From: Minisyncoccota bacterium
Lineage (GTDB): Bacteria; Patescibacteriota; Minisyncoccia; Phycocordibacterales; UBA9973
Direction: 5' to 3'
DNA: 64,000 nt
Assembly (NCBI GenBank): GCA_031413715.1
Contig: JANOFO010000010.1
Span: 302 to 64,301, forward strand
Below, piece after piece: positions 57,719-64,000 of this stretch; within the stretch, counting starts at the first letter, position 1; each line of letters begins with the position of its first letter. The notes beneath the pieces were generated by a model that searched no databases, was not told the DNA's origin, and was given only the letters and a program-made list of their open reading frames with translations. The position numbers were made by a program, and so were the translations under genes.

Positions 57719-60313
57719 ATGAAAAAAAATAGAAATTATAGAAAGATTTTCAAAAAACATTATAAAAGAGTAAAAATTTACCTCGATAAGCTAGAAGATG
57801 GGATCCTCAAGAGACTGCGGAAGCATTCCTTTAAGAATTGGATCTTTACGGTAATCGGGGCCGGAGTCCTTTTGTTTGGGATTTTCGCTATTTGGGTCAG
57901 CACACTTAAACTACCGGACTTTAAAACATTTACGGAGCAGAAGATACAGAGCTCGACTAAAATATATGATCGGACAGGAGAAATACTCCTATATAATGCA
58001 AACCAAGATCTAAAGCGGACGGTCATTCCTTATGAAGCGATGGGTACGAATATAAAAAATGCTGCAGTCGCTATAGAAGATTCAGAATTTTATAACCATA
58101 ATGGCATACGATTAAAGTCAATCTTCCGAGCAACCATCTGGGCAAAACTGACAGGAAAGAGAGTGACTGGCGGATCGACAATAACCCAGCAATTAATTAA
58201 GAATACCCTGCTCACTGCAAAAAGGACGCCATCGCGAAAAATAAAAGAATGGATACTGTCAATCAAGCTTGAGCGCGTCATGAAAAAAGATGAGATCCTT
58301 GCTTCATATTTAAACGCCGCGCCCTATGGCGGAAATATATACGGAATAGAAGAAGCATCAAAAGCATTTTTTGGGAAAGAACCATTAGAACTTTCTCTCG
58401 CAGAGTCAGCATACCTAGCTGCTATCCCCAATTCCCCGACATACTACTCTCCATACGGAAAAAACAAAGCGCGGTTGGACGAGCGCAAGAACCTCGTGCT
58501 CAATAGAATGCTTGATCTTGCGTTTATAACAAAAGAACAATATGACAGCGCGCGAAGCGAGGCAATCGTTTTTCAAACACAACAGCCGCTTCATATCGCA
58601 GCGCCTCATTTTGTTTTCTTTATTATGAACTACTTACAGGAAACATATGGAGATGATGCAGTTACTTCAGGAGGACTTAAGATTATAACAACTCTCGATT
58701 ATGAACTGCAGAAAAAAGCAGAAGAGATCGCCCTTAAACATGCTACAGAAAATGAAAAAAGTTGGAATGGCAAGAATGCCGCCGTGGTTGTGATAGATCC
58801 AAAAACCGGACAGATACTTTCGATGGTTGGGTCACGCAATTACTTCGACAAAACAATAGATGGCAACTTTAATGTCACGACTGCTGCTCGTCAACCGGGG
58901 TCGTCTTTCAAACCTATTGTCTATGCCAAAGCTTTCGAAGAAGGTTTTACTGAGAGTACGACACTATTTGACTTGAAGACTGAATTCAATTCATCATGCG
59001 GACCGACTAGTACTCCCCTGCCAGGACATGGTGGAGCAGATTGTTATTCGCCGGTTAATTTCGATTCCAATTATCGCGGACCAATGACACTCAAAGAGGC
59101 TCTTGCTCAGTCGATAAACGTAGTTGCGGTAAAACTGCTATATCTAGTTGGTGTACCAGACTCTCTTAAGATGGCTCATGATTTGGGCATCAGCACACTC
59201 AACGACCCGACCAGATACGGACTCTCGCTTGTGATTGGAGGTGGAGAAACAACACTTCTTGATATGACGTCTGCATATGGAGTCTTTGCAAATAGTGGTA
59301 TCCGAAATCCCACAACAGGTATTCTTTCTATAAAAAATGACAAGGAAAATATTTTAGAAGAATATAAAGATAAATCGTATCAAGTGCTTGATCCAAACGT
59401 TCCGAGAATATTAGCAGATATATTATCAGATAATAACGCTAGAACTCCGACATTTGGAGCAAATTCGGCTTTGGTGATACCTGGAAGAGAAGTTGCGGTT
59501 AAAACAGGTACTACTAATGACAATAAAGATGCGTGGACTATAGGCTACACTCCTTCAGTGGCCGTCGGAGTATGGGTGGGTAACAATGAGAATACTCCGA
59601 TGAAAAAAGGCGGTGTGGCTCTTGCTGGTCCGATATGGAATCAAGTTATAAAAGAAGCGCTTAAAAATAAGCCAGTCGAGTCCTTCGAGGAGCCGGCTCC
59701 TATTGATCCGAATTTGTCTCCAATACTTCGAGGCTTCTGGCAAGGTGGAGATACGTTTGTTACTGATACTATTTCCGGAGGGCTTGCTACTGAATACACA
59801 CCAACAGGTACTCAGAAGGAGCAATCGATTACAAATGTGCATACAATCCTTTATTGGATAGACAAGAGTAATCCAGTGGGACCACGGCCTATAAATCCAC
59901 AAAGCGATCCTCAGTACCCAAACTGGGAATATGGAGTACAGAAGTGGTGGGGAGTAAATAGAGGTAGCTACCCTGCTATTACCGAAGCAAACCAGCCTAT
60001 TGGTTATGATCCTGTTCATACAATCAGCTCTAAGCCGGTATTCCAAGTTAATGGACTTCAAAACACACCTTATAAAAAGAATCAGATTATCCCCATCATG
60101 ATTACAAATCAAAGTCATTACCCAATTAAGAAAATCGATGTCTTTGTAAACAGCACCTATCTTACTTCGTTAAAATCAAGTCCATGGAATACATCATTTA
60201 CCCCGAGTAACATAGAGAGTATTTCATTGAACAATACGATCAAGGTTATCGGTTACGACATCTTGGGAAATTCTGGAGAAGTAACAGTTCCATTCTCAGT
60301 GGAAAGTAATTAA
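57719..60313 (+). CDS. Class A penicillin-binding protein (PBP1A family)
   Basis: AIED..FY.H.G, GGSTITQQL, RKIKE, SSFK, SIN and KTGT motifs. Confidence 0.95.
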   Translation: MKKNRNYRKIFKKHYKRVKIYLDKLEDGILKRLRKHSFKNWIFTVIGAGVLLFGIFAIWVSTLKLPDFKTFTEQKIQSSTKIYDRTGEILLYNANQDLKRTVIPYEAMGTNIKNAAVAIEDSEFYNHNGIRLKSIFRATIWAKLTGKRVTGGSTITQQLIKNTLLTAKRTPSRKIKEWILSIKLERVMKKDEILASYLNAAPYGGNIYGIEEASKAFFGKEPLELSLAESAYLAAIPNSPTYYSPYGKNKARLDERKNLVLNRMLDLAFITKEQYDSARSEAIVFQTQQPLHIAAPHFVFFIMNYLQETYGDDAVTSGGLKIITTLDYELQKKAEEIALKHATENEKSWNGKNAAVVVIDPKTGQILSMVGSRNYFDKTIDGNFNVTTAARQPGSSFKPIVYAKAFEEGFTESTTLFDLKTEFNSSCGPTSTPLPGHGGADCYSPVNFDSNYRGPMTLKEALAQSINVVAVKLLYLVGVPDSLKMAHDLGISTLNDPTRYGLSLVIGGGETTLLDMTSAYGVFANSGIRNPTTGILSIKNDKENILEEYKDKSYQVLDPNVPRILADILSDNNARTPTFGANSALVIPGREVAVKTGTTNDNKDAWTIGYTPSVAVGVWVGNNENTPMKKGGVALAGPIWNQVIKEALKNKPVESFEEPAPIDPNLSPILRGFWQGGDTFVTDTISGGLATEYTPTGTQKEQSITNVHTILYWIDKSNPVGPRPINPQSDPQYPNWEYGVQKWWGVNRGSYPAITEANQPIGYDPVHTISSKPVFQVNGLQNTPYKKNQIIPIMITNQSHYPIKKIDVFVNSTYLTSLKSSPWNTSFTPSNIESISLNNTIKVIGYDILGNSGEVTVPFSVESN

Positions 60314-60573
60314 CGTATATCATTAAAGCGCTTGGCTGGAAGGAGACTGGAGAGGTCTTTGAGTATTCCTTGTTTATGAATTAAAATTTCATTACGAAGC
60401 ATTGGAGAGCCTTGTATATATATGTTTATACCGCGGACTTTGATTGCTGAAGCTTTGATCGGCACCGATATGTGTTTTGTTATTATGTTTGCAATAATTT
60501 CATTACTGGCTTCGCCTTCAAAAAGAATTTTTTTAAACTTATCGAGAAAATTTACAATAGGGTTGTAGTCCAT
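60310..60573 (-). CDS. Small protein, DciA/DUF721-like
   Basis: Directly downstream of dnaN, I.I..SP.LRNEI...K..IL pattern. Confidence 0.5.
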   Translation of the reverse strand: MDYNPIVNFLDKFKKILFEGEASNEIIANIITKHISVPIKASAIKVRGINIYIQGSPMLRNEILIHKQGILKDLSSLLPAKRFNDIR

Positions 60574-60574
60574 A

Positions 60575-61672
60575 TTACCTATTCATTGGCATCACCAAAT
60601 ACATAAAGGATGGGTCGCCGACAGGGTGTATGATCATAGGTCTATTGTTGCCATTGAGCTCGAGATTAAGGCTATCAGAGGCAATAGACTGGAAACAATC
60701 AATAATATATTTATAGTTAAAATTCGCTGATACGCTTTCACCTTTGAGCGCTCCAGTTAGAAATGTGCTGTTCTCGCCAATGTCTGCATTTTTGGCTTCT
60801 ATCTCAAATACTTTTTCTTGGGGCTTAACTGTGATTGTAATCTGGTTGAATTTATCGGAAAAAATATTAGAAACCTTTAGAGAGGATATAAAGTCCTGCT
60901 TGAGAACTGTAGCTTCTGTACCAGAACTTTTGGGAATGATTTGCTTATAGTCAGGGAATGATCCATCTACAACACGGGATGTCAGATATATGCTTGGGGT
61001 GGATAAGGATAATTGATTTTTAGCAAGGGTTATTTTAAGGTCGTCACTTGATCCTTCAAATACTTTTATTATTTCAATACTATTTTTGAGAGGTATAAGA
61101 ATCCCACCAAAGGAAAGTTTTTGTTTGATTTTAACTTTTTTCTCTGCTAGGCGAAACGAGTCAGTTGATACGAATACAAGAGTATCATCTTCTGGGTATA
61201 TATAAATACTACCAATCTCGGGTTTAATTTCAGAAATTGAAGCTCCGTAATAAACTGATTTTATACCTTCAATAAATTTTTTTGCCGGTATGATGAATTC
61301 TTCCCCTGTAATACTTGGAATGGTTGGGAAATCTTCGTGAGAAATACTTTTTAGTAAAATAGTGTTTGTTTCTGTTTTCACCGACAGGTTACCATTAATT
61401 AATTCAAAGTTAATATTTTTATTTCCACTTATAACTGAGAATAATGATGAGAGTATATCTCCACGAATAGCCACCATACCCTCCTTTTCAACTTTGGCTG
61501 GTATGGTTATTTCTATACCTATACTCAGATTGGTGGCACGAAGCTTAAGTGTATTTAGAGAAGCAACCCACAGAACTGAGCCTAAAACAGGCAGTGTAAG
61601 ATTTTTACCTGTTAGTCGTTCAGCAATGATGAGAGCGCTCTTAATTTTTTCTACATGGCATTCTAATTTCAT
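60575..61672 (-). CDS. dnaN: DNA polymerase III beta clamp
   Basis: LPVL, ATNL, STDSFRLAE, FPDY and YLVMPM motifs. Confidence 0.96.
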   Translation of the reverse strand: MKLECHVEKIKSALIIAERLTGKNLTLPVLGSVLWVASLNTLKLRATNLSIGIEITIPAKVEKEGMVAIRGDILSSLFSVISGNKNINFELINGNLSVKTETNTILLKSISHEDFPTIPSITGEEFIIPAKKFIEGIKSVYYGASISEIKPEIGSIYIYPEDDTLVFVSTDSFRLAEKKVKIKQKLSFGGILIPLKNSIEIIKVFEGSSDDLKITLAKNQLSLSTPSIYLTSRVVDGSFPDYKQIIPKSSGTEATVLKQDFISSLKVSNIFSDKFNQITITVKPQEKVFEIEAKNADIGENSTFLTGALKGESVSANFNYKYIIDCFQSIASDSLNLELNGNNRPMIIHPVGDPSFMYLVMPMNR

Positions 61673-61882
61673 ATTATTCTTATAACTATCTATTAATAAT
61701 TTATTACTATTACTATCTCTGTTAATATGTGGATTACTTTTTTTAATATTACTACATAAGAACTTTTACAGTATTTATAATTCATAACTCTTTGACTATT
61801 TGTGGATTACTTTCAAGAAATTTTATTAACCAAACTTTTCAACATTCTTGATTTCTTTAAACAGATCTTATCCACATCATTA
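61673..61882. other. Probable oriC
   Basis: DnaA boxes ttatccaca 61868-61876 and tgtggatta 61728-61736 and 61801-61809, AT-rich tract next to dnaN. Confidence 0.75.
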
Positions 61883-63235
61883 TCATTTAAACATAATTCG
61901 TATTTTTTCTATCTCTTGTAATAATGATGGATCAGTTTTTAAATCATCTCGTATTTTTAAATGAGAGTGTATGACCGTTGTATGATCCCTACCCCCCATT
62001 TTTTGTCCTATAAGTGGATATGAGATATTAAAATCTTCCCGTAGTATATACATCGCTACTTGACGCGCCCGAACGATCTCTTTTCGGCGGGTTTTTTCGT
62101 AAATTATATCCTCTGTTATTCCATACTGATCAGCGATAATACGTACGATATCTTTAATAGCAACGGTTTTCTTGGGTTTGATATTATTTTTAATTAATGT
62201 TTTAACCTCATTCAAACCCAGAGATTTATTTTTAAGCTCTGACTGGCAGATAATGGTATTAAGGCTACCCTCCAATTCGCGGATATTACCCTCTAAAGAT
62301 GTTGCCAAATATGCTACGACATCAGGTTCGACAATGCAGCTCGTAGACTCAAATTTCGCTTTTATAATAGCCACTCTAGATTCATAATCCGGCTCTACGA
62401 TCTGAACGGTCATACCCGAGGCAAACCTAGACTGTAGCCGATCTTCTAATCCTTGGATGAAGTTCGGGTGTTTGTCGGATGAGAATATTATTTGTTTGTT
62501 GCTTTCATAGAGAGTATTAAACAGATGGAAGAGTTCTTCTTGCGTCTTATCCTTACCGGATATGAACTGAATATCGTCCATGATGATAACATCGTATTTG
62601 CGATACTTCTCCTTAAAAGAATTTGGATTCTTGTTTTGGATTGAATTTATATAATCGATTGCAAAACGTTCCAAGCTTACGTAATATATCTTTTTCCCTG
62701 GGTGCTTCACTTTTATTGTGTTTCCAATAGCTTGAATCATATGAGTCTTACCAAGTCCTGTTCCGCCATAAATGAAGAATGGGTTATAATTTTGCCCAGG
62801 ATTTGTAATAATGGCCTGTGCGACAGCATACGCAAGTTCATTGAAAGGTCCTACAATAAAGGAATTAAAATTATATTTAGGATTTAAATTATCATCTTTG
62901 TTTATATAAAGATCACCAAGAGGTAATTCTTTATTTATATTTATAACTGTCTTCACTATCTCATCATCGGAAGATTTATTTGTTTCTGTGTGTTTAGAAA
63001 TTATATACTCAATACTTCTGATACTATCTTCATGAGTAATGAGAGTTTTTAATATGAGTTTATGAAATTTATTATACAACCAGTCCTTAACGAATTCATT
63101 TGGTACCCCAATATAGAGTGTACCTGTATCTTCTTTAACAATAGATGTATTCTTAAACCAGGTAGTGAAATTAGCCTTTGATATATTTTGTTCTATCTCG
63201 GTGAGACTTTTAGTCCACAACTCTTTTGTATTCAT
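61883..63235 (-). CDS. dnaA: Chromosomal replication initiator DnaA
   Basis: YNPFFIYGGTGLGKTH, DDIQF, RELEG and GGRDHTTV motifs. Start set at ATG 63235. Confidence 0.98.
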   Translation of the reverse strand: MNTKELWTKSLTEIEQNISKANFTTWFKNTSIVKEDTGTLYIGVPNEFVKDWLYNKFHKLILKTLITHEDSIRSIEYIISKHTETNKSSDDEIVKTVININKELPLGDLYINKDDNLNPKYNFNSFIVGPFNELAYAVAQAIITNPGQNYNPFFIYGGTGLGKTHMIQAIGNTIKVKHPGKKIYYVSLERFAIDYINSIQNKNPNSFKEKYRKYDVIIMDDIQFISGKDKTQEELFHLFNTLYESNKQIIFSSDKHPNFIQGLEDRLQSRFASGMTVQIVEPDYESRVAIIKAKFESTSCIVEPDVVAYLATSLEGNIRELEGSLNTIICQSELKNKSLGLNEVKTLIKNNIKPKKTVAIKDIVRIIADQYGITEDIIYEKTRRKEIVRARQVAMYILREDFNISYPLIGQKMGGRDHTTVIHSHLKIRDDLKTDPSLLQEIEKIRIMFK

Positions 63236-63362
63236 AGTGCGCATTATACTACTTTTTAAAATTTTGCTAATTATTAAATATCTGGATTAACCTGTTAACA
63301 ACATGTGGATATGTAAACACCTATCCCTTGACAACATAACTGTTTTCCGATAGTATCCAGTT

Positions 63363-64000
63363 ATGTTAAAAGAAGACCGTTATGGGATAAAATCCCTCCA
63401 CAGAGATTTCCCCACAGACGAGGCTTGCCTTGAATTCATTTTCAATGCGCTTCATTCTAAAACTTGTTCTTGCGGTGGAATTTACCGGCTCATCTCCGGA
63501 AGAAGGCAGTTTCAATGTTCTCAATGCCGCTTTCAGATCGCTCCCACTGCAAATACTATCTTCCATAAATCAGAAACACCGCTCACAACTTGGTTCTCGG
63601 CTATTTTAATATTCTCAAATGCCAAGAGTGGCATATCAGCCAATGAACTAGCACGACAGCTTGAACTTTATTACAAGACAGCATGGAGAATATTATATTT
63701 GATTCGAAAAGCCCTTACCCAAGATACTGACAAACTCTCCGGTGATGTCGAAATGGATGGAGCATACTTCGGTGGCCGGAGATATGGAGGCAAGGATAAT
63801 AAGGGAAGCAAGGCTTTGAAGGCTAAGTCAGCAGTTATGGCTGCCGTTGAGCGCGGAGGAGATATCAAAGCCGAGGTAGTATCGGATATGACAGCCGATA
63901 GCCACTGGGGATTTATCCAGAAGAATATCAGTCAAACAAATACAAGATTATTAACAGACAAAAGTAACCGGTATGATAATGCAGCTTCTGGATATAAAAG
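63363..64000 (+). mobile_element. IS1595-family transposase, 5' part (runs off window)
   Basis: Read directly: FPTDEACLEF, CSCG...CSQC, TIFH.S..PL..WF, GISA.EL.RQL...YKTAW, VEMDGAYFGG, LLTD. Confidence 0.9.

Noticed and set aside
1-64000. CRISPR array, rRNA, prophage structural genes or alternative genetic code
   Set aside because: No spaced repeats, rRNA or capsid/terminase genes were seen, and long genes are intact in code 11.

Overview
This is a low-GC bacterial chromosome segment with full-length ORFs in code 11. Gene content and family make-up suggest Patescibacteria/CPR, probably Parcubacteria (inference). It runs from a type IV pilus pilMNO-like cluster to dnaN-dnaA/oriC and the start of an IS1595-family transposase. 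Housekeeping genes include ruvX, rpsT, ruvA, mutM, polA, tsaE, ruvB, ruvC, tyrS, a class A PBP, dnaN, dnaA and four tRNAs. There are five main accessory signals. (1) A complete diversity-generating retroelement: RT, Avd, and a 118-bp TR/VR pair with 17 of 17 mismatches at TR adenines. Its avd gene is inverted and shares a CAT|ATG junction with the RT, it has opposing promoters, and a predicted RNA fold loops out the TR. (2) A ~13.8-kb island at tRNA-Ser carrying a serine integrase, a primase-helicase, a PHP-ATPase and a CsoR/CopA copper cassette. Its reconstructed attP would swap the integrase C-terminus. (3) A family of structured trailers downstream of all four tRNAs, three carrying copies of their own tRNA's 3' end. 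(4) A GIY-YIG gene inside a duplicated tRNA-Arg 5' half. (5) Small palindromic insertions, two of them in-frame within proteins. All calls come from reading the sequence by eye; no searches were run.
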